A stretch of 64,000 bases of DNA, from positions 248,838 to 312,837 of the forward strand of contig NZ_CBDCAT010000026.1 of NCBI RefSeq assembly GCF_965214065.1, given 5' to 3'. A program made the position numbers and the translations under genes. Positions 54,334 through 62,850 of this stretch are shown piece after piece; the stretch's first letter is position 1, and each line of letters starts with the position of its first letter. The DNA comes from Candidatus Poriferisocius sp. GTDB taxonomy: Bacteria; Actinomycetota; Acidimicrobiia; Acidimicrobiales; Bin134. The notes under the pieces were generated by a model, which was not told where the DNA came from, did not search any database, and saw only the letters and a program-made list of their open reading frames with translations.

Positions 54334-55185
54334 ATGGAGATGCTTCCCAGTCCCGAGCCGTTCATCGGAGGAATCGACTTCGGCGAGGGTCCCCGGTGGC
54401 ACGACGGCCGCCTGTGGTACTCAGACTTCTACCAGTACTCGGTGAACGCCGCCTCGCTGGACGGCACCGTCGAGGTGATCGTCGAGGTGCCCGGCCAGCC
54501 GTCGGGGTTGGGATGGATGCCCGACGGCGACCTGCTCGTGGTGTCTATGCGAGACCGGCGGTTGCTGCGCTACGACGGAACCGCCCTACACGAGCACGCT
54601 GATGTTTCCGGAATTGCCTCTTCACTGTGCAATGACATGACCGTGGATGCCGAAGGAAGGGCCTATGTGGGCAACTTCGGATTCGACTTGCACGGCGGTG
54701 AGGATGTGGCCGCGGCCACTCTGGCATTGGTGCAGCCCGACGGTATGGCTGAGGCAGCGGCCGGCGACTTGCTGTTCCCCAACGGGGCGGTGATCACCCC
54801 CGACGGCGCCACTTACATCGTGGGCGAGAGCTTTGGAACTCAGTTCACCGCTTTCGACATCGGGCCGGAGGGCCGGCTGGAGAACCGGCGGCTGTGGGCC
54901 GCGGTTCCCGGCACCGTCCCCGACGGATGCTGCTACGACGCCGAGGGAGGCATCTGGTACGCCGATGCGGTGGGCCGGGCCGCCCTGAGGGTGCTTGAGG
55001 GGGGCGAAATCACCCATCGGGTGGAGACGGAGCTCAACTGCTTCGCAGTCATGCTGGGGGGAGACGACCGGCGTACGCTCTTTCTGGTCACTGCACCGGG
55101 ATCCCATCCTGATGAGGTGCAAGGCCTTGGCCAAGCCCGGATAGAGACCGTTCGGGTGGAGATTCCCGGAGCCGGGCTTCCCTAA
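54334..55185 (+). CDS. SMP-30/gluconolactonase/LRE family protein
   Basis: ATG internal to the TTG-initiated track ORF 54322..55185. GEGPRWHDGRLWYSD, NDMTVD, PNGAVITPDG and CYDAEGGIWYA beta-propeller blades. Confidence 0.75.
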   Translation: MEMLPSPEPFIGGIDFGEGPRWHDGRLWYSDFYQYSVNAASLDGTVEVIVEVPGQPSGLGWMPDGDLLVVSMRDRRLLRYDGTALHEHADVSGIASSLCNDMTVDAEGRAYVGNFGFDLHGGEDVAAATLALVQPDGMAEAAAGDLLFPNGAVITPDGATYIVGESFGTQFTAFDIGPEGRLENRRLWAAVPGTVPDGCCYDAEGGIWYADAVGRAALRVLEGGEITHRVETELNCFAVMLGGDDRRTLFLVTAPGSHPDEVQGLGQARIETVRVEIPGAGLP

Positions 55186-55214
55186 ACCGCAGACCGAGAG
55201 AAAGAGGACGCAAA

Positions 55215-55961
55215 ATGAGATTTTCCGGGAAGGTGGCTTTGGTCACCGGGGCAGGATCGGGAATAGGCCAGGCCACCGCGGTACGACTGGCCAGCGAAGG
55301 AGCTGTCGTCGTCGGCAGTGACATCGACGGCTCGGGGCTGGAGGAAACCGCAGGAATGATGGGCGAGGACGCCGCATTCCATACCGCGGTATCCGACGTG
55401 TGCAGCAGGGACGCCTGCTATGAGCTGATGAGCTCGGCGGTGGCCGAACACGGTCGCCTCGATGTGCTGTGCAACGTCGCCGGAGTGGCCCGAGGCCATC
55501 GGGTGGGCGACGTCGATCAGGAAACCTGGGATCTGATCATGGGTGTGAACGTAGAAGGAGTGTTCTGGATGTCTCAGGCCGCGCTCCCCCACCTGGAGTC
55601 ATCGAACGGCTGCATTGTGAACATCGCTTCCAATGCCGGATTGATGGGACAGGCCTACACCGTGCCCTACTGCGCTAGCAAAGGAGCGGTGGTACTGATG
55701 ACCAAGGCCATGGCCATGGAGACGATGAAGACCGGCATGAGGATCAACGCCATCGCCCCCGGCGGTGTTGACACCAATCTGGCCGCCGCATTCGGCTTTC
55801 CCGAGAATCCCGACATGGAGTTGATGGGGCGGTACATGGGGATGCGGGGAATGGCCCAAGCCGAAGACATCGCCTCTCTGGTGGCCTACGTCGCCTCCGA
55901 CGATGGCCACCGGATACATGGCTCAGTGCTTAGTATCGACGGCGGTATGACCGCAGGATGA
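55215..55961 (+). CDS. SDR family oxidoreductase
   Basis: GKVALVTGAGSGIG, YCASK, APGGVDT. Confidence 0.88.
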   Translation: MRFSGKVALVTGAGSGIGQATAVRLASEGAVVVGSDIDGSGLEETAGMMGEDAAFHTAVSDVCSRDACYELMSSAVAEHGRLDVLCNVAGVARGHRVGDVDQETWDLIMGVNVEGVFWMSQAALPHLESSNGCIVNIASNAGLMGQAYTVPYCASKGAVVLMTKAMAMETMKTGMRINAIAPGGVDTNLAAAFGFPENPDMELMGRYMGMRGMAQAEDIASLVAYVASDDGHRIHGSVLSIDGGMTAG

Positions 55962-56749
55962 GCTGGAATCCGTCTGGCCAACGAGTGCTGATCACTGGCG
56001 CCTCCTCGGGCATCGGGGCCGCCTTGGCGGTTGAATTGGCCCGGTGCGGGGCATATGTGGGCTTGGCCGCTCGCCGGGGCGACCGGCTCGAACAGGTTCT
56101 TGGCGAAGTGCGAGATGTCGGCGGCGATGGCTGCTGGTGGATGTTGGATCTAGCCGACTTGGACAGTGTGGCCCCGTTCGCCGATCGGGCCTGGGCTGAG
56201 ATGGGGCCCATCGATGTGCTGGTGAACAACGCAGGCGCCCCTCGGCGCCGGTCGATGAAGCGGCTAACGGCTGAGGAGTTGGACGAGACGATGGCGGTGA
56301 ACTTCACCGGATCGGCCCGGCTCACCCTGGCTCTTCTGCCTCACATGCTGGAACGGGACTCGGGGACCATCGTGAACGTGTCGTCTATGGGCACGCAGTC
56401 GATGGCTTTTCGGACCGGGGCCTACGCCGCGGCCAAAGCCGCGCTCAACCTGTTCACCGAGGGCCTCTATTTCGATCTGGCCGGGACTGGCGTAAGTGCC
56501 CACCTGTTCACCCCCGGCTCTACCGCCACCGAGTTCTCCACCCCGAAGCCGGGCAACGACGACCCGTTCCCCCAACCCCCTGATGCGTTCATGGACCCGG
56601 TGGATGTGGCCAAGGCGCTGATCGCCAAACTGGGCAACCACGATTTCGAGGGGTTCGCCTCTGCCGCCCTGCTGGAGACCGCCCAAGCCAAGCGGGCCGA
56701 TCCCAACGGCTATCTGGTGCAGGCGATCGAGATGATGACTCGGCGCTAG
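55958..56749 (+). CDS. SDR family oxidoreductase
   Basis: VLITGASSGIG, NNAG, YAAAK. Overlaps the previous stop (ATGA). Confidence 0.85.
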   Translation: MSWNPSGQRVLITGASSGIGAALAVELARCGAYVGLAARRGDRLEQVLGEVRDVGGDGCWWMLDLADLDSVAPFADRAWAEMGPIDVLVNNAGAPRRRSMKRLTAEELDETMAVNFTGSARLTLALLPHMLERDSGTIVNVSSMGTQSMAFRTGAYAAAKAALNLFTEGLYFDLAGTGVSAHLFTPGSTATEFSTPKPGNDDPFPQPPDAFMDPVDVAKALIAKLGNHDFEGFASAALLETAQAKRADPNGYLVQAIEMMTRR

Positions 56750-58104
56750 TCGATCCTCGAGAAGGTCCGGCCGGGGAACAGGTCCACCACCGGCTTCCAG
56801 AGATACTCCAAGCGCCAGGCCCGGCGGGCCAGATAGCGGAGCACATCGGCCTCGTTTCCTGCTCCCTGGTCTTGGATGGCCTTGTCAAGATCCATCAGCC
56901 CATCTTCGAGCGTGTCGGACCGGCGGCCAATGAGGGCGGCGATCTCATCCAACTCGATGGCGCCCAACTTCGGGCCGATCTGCTTCTGTCGGTCCAGGCA
57001 CTCGACTAGCAGCGTGGCGTGCTCCAACCGGTGGCGGGGATAGTCGCCCTCTACCGCCGGCAGCACCTCGTCGCGCAGGTTGGCAATGACCACCCCTTCT
57101 AGCGAGCTGGCCATCTCAACCTCGGGCAGCTCGGGGCGTTCCAATTCGATTCCCATGGCGTCGGCTAGGGCCTCGCAGGTGGCCCGCTCACAGATGTAGC
57201 GATAGGCCCAGTTCATGCCGTTGGGCATCTGGGGGTCGTTGACCACCGTTATCCGGGCCAGCGACACGATCGATCGCACAAACTGCTGCACCCGGTAGTA
57301 GCGCACCGAGTCGAGGTGTACCGGGAAACCAGACAGCTCCTCGTAGCGCCGAATGACCGGTCCAAGTCCCTCGTCCGGGGTTGAAGGACAGAAGAACTCC
57401 CGTGTGCAGATGTTGCCGAAGTCCTCCATGGGATCTCCAAAATGAGCCCATTCCCAGTCGACGATGGCGCTCACCTGCCCATCTTCGAACATGAAATTGG
57501 CCGGTCCAGTGTCTCCCTGCAACAGGCTCACCCGGTCGAGGCGCTCCGGTACATTGTTCCGGATCCACTGGAGCGAGAAGGTGTACAGCGGGTCGGTCAC
57601 CATGCCGTCGAGAAAGCGCTCCACAAAATCCACCTCGCCCAAGGCACACTCGGCCGAGGTAGCGGGCACCGGCATGTGATCGAGACCCAACGAGCCGGGG
57701 TCCAACGAGTGGAGCAGCGCCAGTTGCTGAATGAAGTCCTCGAGCACCGCGGCCTGCTCTTCAGGACCGGCGTTGTCCAAGTCGGCCCGCCCGGGCATCC
57801 GCTCGTGGAGGGCGGCCTGGAGATCTTCATTCCACGCACAGATAGCAGGAACCTTCATGCCGGTCTCGACCAGCGCAGTTTGCACTTTGGCCTCGCTCTT
57901 CACCGAATGGGTGCCGCTGCCGTCTCCTTCACGGTCGAGGCGCAAGAAGTACTCGGCGACCGATCCGTCGGGGCGGGTCACATCTACCACCCACGCCTCC
58001 CGCCGAGCGATGTGGCGCTTCAGATGGGTTATCCGGCCGCCACCCGCCTCAGCGATCCAGTCGGTCATCCCATCGGGCAAATCGTGATTGAGTTCTTCAG
58101 CCAT
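56746..58104 (-). CDS. phosphotransferase (APH/choline-kinase-like) family protein
   Basis: 452 aa. Catalytic/Mg loops LLQGDTGPANFMF and IVDWEWAHFGDP. Confidence 0.8.
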   Translation of the reverse strand: MAEELNHDLPDGMTDWIAEAGGGRITHLKRHIARREAWVVDVTRPDGSVAEYFLRLDREGDGSGTHSVKSEAKVQTALVETGMKVPAICAWNEDLQAALHERMPGRADLDNAGPEEQAAVLEDFIQQLALLHSLDPGSLGLDHMPVPATSAECALGEVDFVERFLDGMVTDPLYTFSLQWIRNNVPERLDRVSLLQGDTGPANFMFEDGQVSAIVDWEWAHFGDPMEDFGNICTREFFCPSTPDEGLGPVIRRYEELSGFPVHLDSVRYYRVQQFVRSIVSLARITVVNDPQMPNGMNWAYRYICERATCEALADAMGIELERPELPEVEMASSLEGVVIANLRDEVLPAVEGDYPRHRLEHATLLVECLDRQKQIGPKLGAIELDEIAALIGRRSDTLEDGLMDLDKAIQDQGAGNEADVLRYLARRAWRLEYLWKPVVDLFPGRTFSRID

Positions 58105-58124
58105 CCCGATGGCTTAGCACGCGC

Positions 58125-58904
58125 CTACCCCACGGGTCTCTTTCCCCAGACAGCAACCCAAAGGCAGTCGATGTAGCGGAAGGTGGGATCGTCAAAGCAG
58201 GCCAACAGTTCGTCATAGTCCGCTTCGTCGTAGTCGTCCCGTCGAGCGCTGAGCGGGCGGGCCACCTCCATGGTGAAGCGGCGGTACCGGGCCCGCAGTG
58301 AACCACCACTCACAATGTCAGTCAGCCCTTCTGAGGACACATCTTCTAGACGGTCACCAAACACCTGGTGGACGCGACGGCCAACGAATGCGTCCATACG
58401 GGTACCAGCAGCCGATCGCTCCCGAAATCGACGGAACACCTCTGCTCTGGGATGGTCGGGGTCGCACTCCATCATGGTTCCGTAATCGGGCTCAGCGACC
58501 ATGACCCATCCCCCCGGTCTAACCGAGCCCACCAGGTTGTCAACCGCCGCATCGAAGTCGGATACATGGGCCAGCAATGCGCGACAGTGCACTAAGTCGA
58601 AGGCCGATTCCTCCACCGGGCCGTCGCAGATGTCATGCGTGCGAACATCGGGGCCGCTCAAGAACCGGGGCATGATGTCGGCCGAAATCACCTCAGCACC
58701 ACGATCTCGCAGCCAGTTCGAAACCGACCCTCGACCAGCCCCCACATCGGCACACTTCCAGCCGCTCTCCACTCCGATTCGCTCCAGTCGGGCGAAGGTG
58801 GGCCCGTCGAGAATGGCCTCCAGCAGGGCCAGGCGCGGTCCTTCTCCCTGATCGTCGATCTCCGACATGGCATACCGCACTCCTGGGCGTTCTACGCTGG
58901 CCAT
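58125..58904 (-). CDS. class I SAM-dependent methyltransferase
   Basis: Motif I CADVGAGRGSVS and post-I ISADI. An ATG at 58868 is an alternative start. Confidence 0.75.
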   Translation of the reverse strand: MASVERPGVRYAMSEIDDQGEGPRLALLEAILDGPTFARLERIGVESGWKCADVGAGRGSVSNWLRDRGAEVISADIMPRFLSGPDVRTHDICDGPVEESAFDLVHCRALLAHVSDFDAAVDNLVGSVRPGGWVMVAEPDYGTMMECDPDHPRAEVFRRFRERSAAGTRMDAFVGRRVHQVFGDRLEDVSSEGLTDIVSGGSLRARYRRFTMEVARPLSARRDDYDEADYDELLACFDDPTFRYIDCLWVAVWGKRPVG

Positions 58905-58926
58905 TCCGTGAGCCTACGATGCGGGT

Positions 58927-59247
58927 ATGAGCGAAGAGCGAGTATTCGGCGATGTGGCCACCAAGCTGTTGATGGAAAACGATCGGGTGAAAATTTGGGA
59001 GATGCGCCTCGATCCCGGCGAGCGGTCCGATCTCCACCGTCACGATCACGACTACGTGCTTGTGCAGGTATCGGGCGACAAGATCGCGGGAGACTTCGAG
59101 CCCGACACAGCCGGGGAGTTCTCCGGTCTGGTAGAAGGCGACGTAATCCCTGGCCAGCCCATGTACATCACTAAAGGTGGCATCGAGGCCGCGGTCAACA
59201 CCGGCTCCGAGCCCTACTACGAAATCCTGATCGAGCTGAAAGACTGA
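58927..59247 (+). CDS. cupin domain protein
   Basis: 106 aa. The ERSDLHRHDHDYVLV metal-binding-type motif 1 and its size fit a monocupin. Confidence 0.65.
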   Translation: MSEERVFGDVATKLLMENDRVKIWEMRLDPGERSDLHRHDHDYVLVQVSGDKIAGDFEPDTAGEFSGLVEGDVIPGQPMYITKGGIEAAVNTGSEPYYEILIELKD

Positions 59248-59324
59248 GCTCTCCAACAACTCATCAACAGCCGCACGATGCGGCGTACGCCTGGCGGCTG
59301 CTGGTAACCCTACTCGCTGGTCAG

Positions 59325-60629
59325 GTGGTGTTCGGCTCCACCATGACGATCATCGGGGCCTCTTTGTCGGACATCTCGGAGAGTCTGGGCACCACCAACG
59401 CCACGCTTTCTTGGGCGGTATCCGCCCCGTTCCTGGGCCTGGCCGCGGGGACCACGGTATTCGGGACTTTGGGCGACTTATGGGGCCACCGGCGGATGCT
59501 GATTCTCGGACTGACGGTGTTCACGGCAGCAACCGGAGTGTGCGGGCTGGCCTGGGATGCCCTTAGCTTCATCGGCTTTCGAGCGTTGGTCGGGCTGGGT
59601 GGCGCCATGATGATCCCCAACGGGATGGCTATCTTGATGGCTGCTTTTCCGGTCAACCAACGAGCACGAGCCATGGGTTGGTTCCAATTTGCCGCCGTGG
59701 GAGGTCCGGCCATCGGCTTGGTCACCGGCGGCGCCCTGGTGGACGCATTGGGATGGCGGGCGATCTTCGCGGTCTACACGCCGGTCGCGGCGATCGGTTT
59801 GATCGCCGCAGCCATGGTTGTGCGTCCTTCTCTGCCCGGCGAGGCCAAACCAGTAGACATTGCGGGCGCGCTCAGCCTGGTGTCTGCGGTGGTCGCCTTG
59901 ATGGTGGCCCTGGACCGGGGCGCCAACCTGGGTTTCGGCCACCCGGTGGCCCTGGCGTTCTTGGCCCTCGTGCCGGTAACCATTTGGACGTTTGTGGCCA
60001 TCGAGCGGCACACGGCTCACCCGATGGTCCCGCTTGAGTGGTTCCGCCGACGCAATTACGCCGGGCCGGTAGTGGCCTCAGCCACGGCCAACGCGGCCTA
60101 TATGGGCGGGTTCATCCTCGCCCCTCAGCTCTTGCAGGAGCGCTATGGGTACACGCTCACTGCGGCCACCGTGTTCCTGGTTGTTCGGCTGATCTCCTTC
60201 AGCCTCAGCTCGCCGGTGGGCGGTCGGCTGACCTCGACTCGGGGCGAACGGTGGACATCCACCCTGGGAAGCGTGCTGGTGGTGTTGGCCATGGTGTCTT
60301 TTGCCGCCGGAGCGCTGGTACACGCGGTAGTGCTAGTGGTTTTGGGCCTAGCGCTGGCCGGCGGAGGACTGGGGGTGGCCGGCCCCGCGTACCAGGTATC
60401 GGTAGTGGGGGCAGTTCCGATGGACCGTCTCGGGGCGGCAACCGGAATGTTCCAGACGCTCACCAGTCTGGGCACCGCGGCCGGGGTCCAAGTCTTGGTG
60501 CTGGCCGTAGGCGAGAACGTCACGGGCGCGGCTTTTGCCAACGCATTTTGGCTAGGTGCGGGGGTGGCCGCCATCGGTGTTTTCGGGGCGCTGGCTATTA
60601 CTTCAACCAACTCCGCTTCGGTGAAATAG
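59325..60629 (+). CDS. MFS transporter (drug:H+ antiporter-like)
   Basis: 434 aa from GTG. LGDLWGHRRML motif A. The N-terminus looks truncated within TM1 (see findings). Confidence 0.8.
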   Translation: MVFGSTMTIIGASLSDISESLGTTNATLSWAVSAPFLGLAAGTTVFGTLGDLWGHRRMLILGLTVFTAATGVCGLAWDALSFIGFRALVGLGGAMMIPNGMAILMAAFPVNQRARAMGWFQFAAVGGPAIGLVTGGALVDALGWRAIFAVYTPVAAIGLIAAAMVVRPSLPGEAKPVDIAGALSLVSAVVALMVALDRGANLGFGHPVALAFLALVPVTIWTFVAIERHTAHPMVPLEWFRRRNYAGPVVASATANAAYMGGFILAPQLLQERYGYTLTAATVFLVVRLISFSLSSPVGGRLTSTRGERWTSTLGSVLVVLAMVSFAAGALVHAVVLVVLGLALAGGGLGVAGPAYQVSVVGAVPMDRLGAATGMFQTLTSLGTAAGVQVLVLAVGENVTGAAFANAFWLGAGVAAIGVFGALAITSTNSASVK

Positions 60630-60632
60630 CGG

Positions 60633-61181
60633 TTAGCTCTGCCCGGTCAATGCAGCCAAGACCTTGGGGGCCATGATCTCGGCTAATTCCAGGCACTCCT
60701 CTTTCGACCAGATGGCGATGGGAACCCACGGATAGTCCACGGTGAGGAACTCGTAATCGGAACATCCGCTCACTCGGGCGATGGCCTGGGCTGAGCCCCT
60801 CATCTCCTCGTGGACGATGGCGACGCTGGGAACGCCAGCCCACTCCAGTTCCACTGCATCCCGCAAACTGCGGGCGCTGCAACTGCCTCAACCGCCGAAG
60901 CCGGTGATGGCGACGGTTGCCTCCTCGGTCAACCGGCTCCAGTCGCCCGGGTCGGGCGGGATCGACACCGAGCTCTTCACCACCTTAAGCGGGGCTTGCG
61001 GATCGCTCAGCTTGGCCAACTCGTCGTACAGGGCGTCCAAGAAGATCTCCCCTTCGCCGAGGCCGTTGGCCACCAGAGCGACCACCGCTCCGTCCAAGCT
61101 GGCCGGCCGGGGGGAGAAATCGTGGTCGTCGGTGCGATCAAATGGGCCGGACGTGGGGTCGAGGCCGATGAGGGCAGTCAT
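60633..61181 (-). CDS. candidate UGSC-motif selenoprotein (in-frame TGA at 60888-60890 read as Sec)
   Basis: Track ORFs 60888..61181 and 60633..60866 share one frame, with only the TGA between them. The junction reads ITGFGG-U-GSCSARSLRD. The downstream part has no ATG/GTG start or SD. A SECIS-like hairpin follows the TGA. Confidence 0.6.
60855..60881 (-). promoter_or_regulatory. SECIS-like mRNA hairpin downstream of the in-frame UGA
   Basis: mRNA 5'-UGCA GCG CCCGCA GUU UGCGGG A UGCA-3': a 6-bp GC-rich upper stem, a G/U-containing apical loop and a 4-bp lower stem. It begins 7 nt after the UGA. Confidence 0.45.
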
Positions 61182-61208
61182 ATTCTCAGAGTAGCCTATT
61201 GGCGCGCA

Positions 61209-62192
61209 CTAGAAGATGGGCTCGGTGATGGCGAGGGCGAGATGGGGTAGCAAGAGCCAGCTTGCTCCCATGCCGGCGCCTCCTGCGGCCACGATCAAGA
61301 TACCCTCGGGTTTGCCGATGCGGGCCATGCGGTCGGTGGCGCTGGTGGCGGGCGCATTGAGCCGGGGCCACAGATACTGCTGAATATCGCTCTTCGACCA
61401 CCCCTCTGCGATGAAGAAGCGATGGTGCTCATGGCCGATGACGATCACCACGTTGCCGTCTTCGCCCAGCCACGAGTCCCCAGCGATGCCGTTGGCCCGT
61501 ATATTCGCCACAAGCGTGTCGCACACACCCTCGGCAGTGCGGCTGGTGAAGTCGGTGGCCTCGACCATCTTCATCAGTGAGTGGACGGTCACCGCGCTCT
61601 GCTCTGCGTCAAAACCCCGCTGGACGTGGAGCGGCGCCCAGTCGGAGGCCTCCTCGTTCTCCCCGAAGCAAAAGGAGTAGCGGGCCGGCGTGGAATAGCT
61701 GGCCCGATCCAAGAACCCGGGTATGCCCCGGCACACATTGCGGATTACCAGTCGAAGCGCCCGCCCAATGGTGGCGTTGGCTCTGAATCCTGGTCCGAAA
61801 CAGCCCGCGGCTGAGGCCACACCCAGCTCGTTGCGAACAGGCCCGTTGATGATCACCACCTGGGCCGCCCCCGAGAGCGTGCCAGTGGTGGAGTGGCAGT
61901 TGCCCTTGGGGTGCAGGTGAGCCCGCACCGCGGCCACAACCGCGGGAAAATACTCGGGAAGGCAGCCGGCCATCACCGCATTGGCCGCAGCCTGCTCCGC
62001 AGTGCAGGTCACCTCCCTAGTGGGAACCGTGCCCAGAACCTCATCCCCCAAGAGGCCGGCATGCTCCAAGAACGCGGCCACCTTTTCGGGGGTGGGAGGC
62101 ATGACGGGCAGACCGTCAGTCCACCCCTTCGCGAAATAGTCCTCCACTAGGGATTCATAGCTGTCGTAAGCGTGTTGGGCGGCCGCAGTCAT
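61209..62192 (-). CDS. conserved hypothetical protein (Cys-rich), co-operonic with the selenoprotein candidate
   Basis: 327-aa ORF with clean coding appearance (GWTDGLPVMPPTPEKV..., several conserved-looking Cys/His). Starts 9 nt after the Lrp stop and ends 27 nt before the next start. Confidence 0.6.
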   Translation of the reverse strand: MTAAAQHAYDSYESLVEDYFAKGWTDGLPVMPPTPEKVAAFLEHAGLLGDEVLGTVPTREVTCTAEQAAANAVMAGCLPEYFPAVVAAVRAHLHPKGNCHSTTGTLSGAAQVVIINGPVRNELGVASAAGCFGPGFRANATIGRALRLVIRNVCRGIPGFLDRASYSTPARYSFCFGENEEASDWAPLHVQRGFDAEQSAVTVHSLMKMVEATDFTSRTAEGVCDTLVANIRANGIAGDSWLGEDGNVVIVIGHEHHRFFIAEGWSKSDIQQYLWPRLNAPATSATDRMARIGKPEGILIVAAGGAGMGASWLLLPHLALAITEPIF

Positions 62193-62201
62193 GCCGAAAC
62201 C

Positions 62202-62669
62202 CTAAAGCTCGTGGCGGGTGGTATCCCATATTGAGCGGATGGCGAAACTCGACCGGAGGCGTCCAACCCCGCTGAAGCGGGACAAGTACTGGTTGTGGAT
62301 CCGCTCAAAATCGCGCTGATCGGCCACTGCGAGGTGGAGCAGATAGTCGGCATCACCGGCCATCAAGTGGCAGGACATGACCTCTGGGCATTCCACCACC
62401 TCCTTTTCGAACTGGCGCAGGTTCGCCTCGCTCTGACTCACCAAGGAGATCTCCACGAACACGTCGAGGGAGCGGTTGATGGCTTGCGGATCGACGATCA
62501 TCACGTACCCGGCGATCACCCCTTCGGCCTCTAGGCGGCGGACCCGGCGATAGCAGGCCGAGGGCGACAACCCCACTCGCTCGGCCAACTCAGCGTTGGA
62601 CATGCGGGCATCTCCCTGTAGCTCGTTGAGAATGGACCGGTCGATGGAATTCAAGTCGCTCATGGGCAT
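62202..62669 (-). CDS. Lrp/AsnC family transcriptional regulator
   Basis: 155 aa. LDSIDRSILNELQGDARMSNAELAERVGLSPSACYRRVRRLE HTH plus an RAM/ACT-like C-terminus. AAGGAGGA Shine-Dalgarno sequence. Confidence 0.9.
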   Translation of the reverse strand: MPMSDLNSIDRSILNELQGDARMSNAELAERVGLSPSACYRRVRRLEAEGVIAGYVMIVDPQAINRSLDVFVEISLVSQSEANLRQFEKEVVECPEVMSCHLMAGDADYLLHLAVADQRDFERIHNQYLSRFSGVGRLRSSFAIRSIWDTTRHEL

Positions 62670-62850
62670 GACTCCTCCTTGGTGCAGCCAGAATCACTGG
62701 GTAATCGAGGAGACATATTCTATTCGTCAATAGAGTAATATACGAATAATCTATTCAAATTAGAATCGAATCGCAGAGAAAATTCAAGATATCTTCATCT
62801 ATAGCGCGAGTATAATGTCATCTGTCATCGAATCGCGGCGGAGGCATGGG
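62670..62850. promoter_or_regulatory. AT-rich divergent lrp/ald control region
   Basis: 62711-62820 has 33 G+C in 110 nt (30%). TATTCGT-N14-ACGAATA (62721-62748), TCTATTC x2, palindrome AAGATATCTT (62786-62795), and a consensus TATAAT at 62811-62816, 35 nt before the ald ATG. Confidence 0.5.

Noticed and set aside
60633-60866. The 77-aa ORF as an independent gene starting at TTG 60866, with the upstream 97-aa ORF as a separate gene or the pair as a pseudogene
   Set aside because: This is not fully excluded. It is disfavoured because both parts share one frame separated by a single TGA, there is no SD or ATG/GTG for the second part, the sequence is continuous across the junction, and a UxxC context plus a hairpin follow the TGA.
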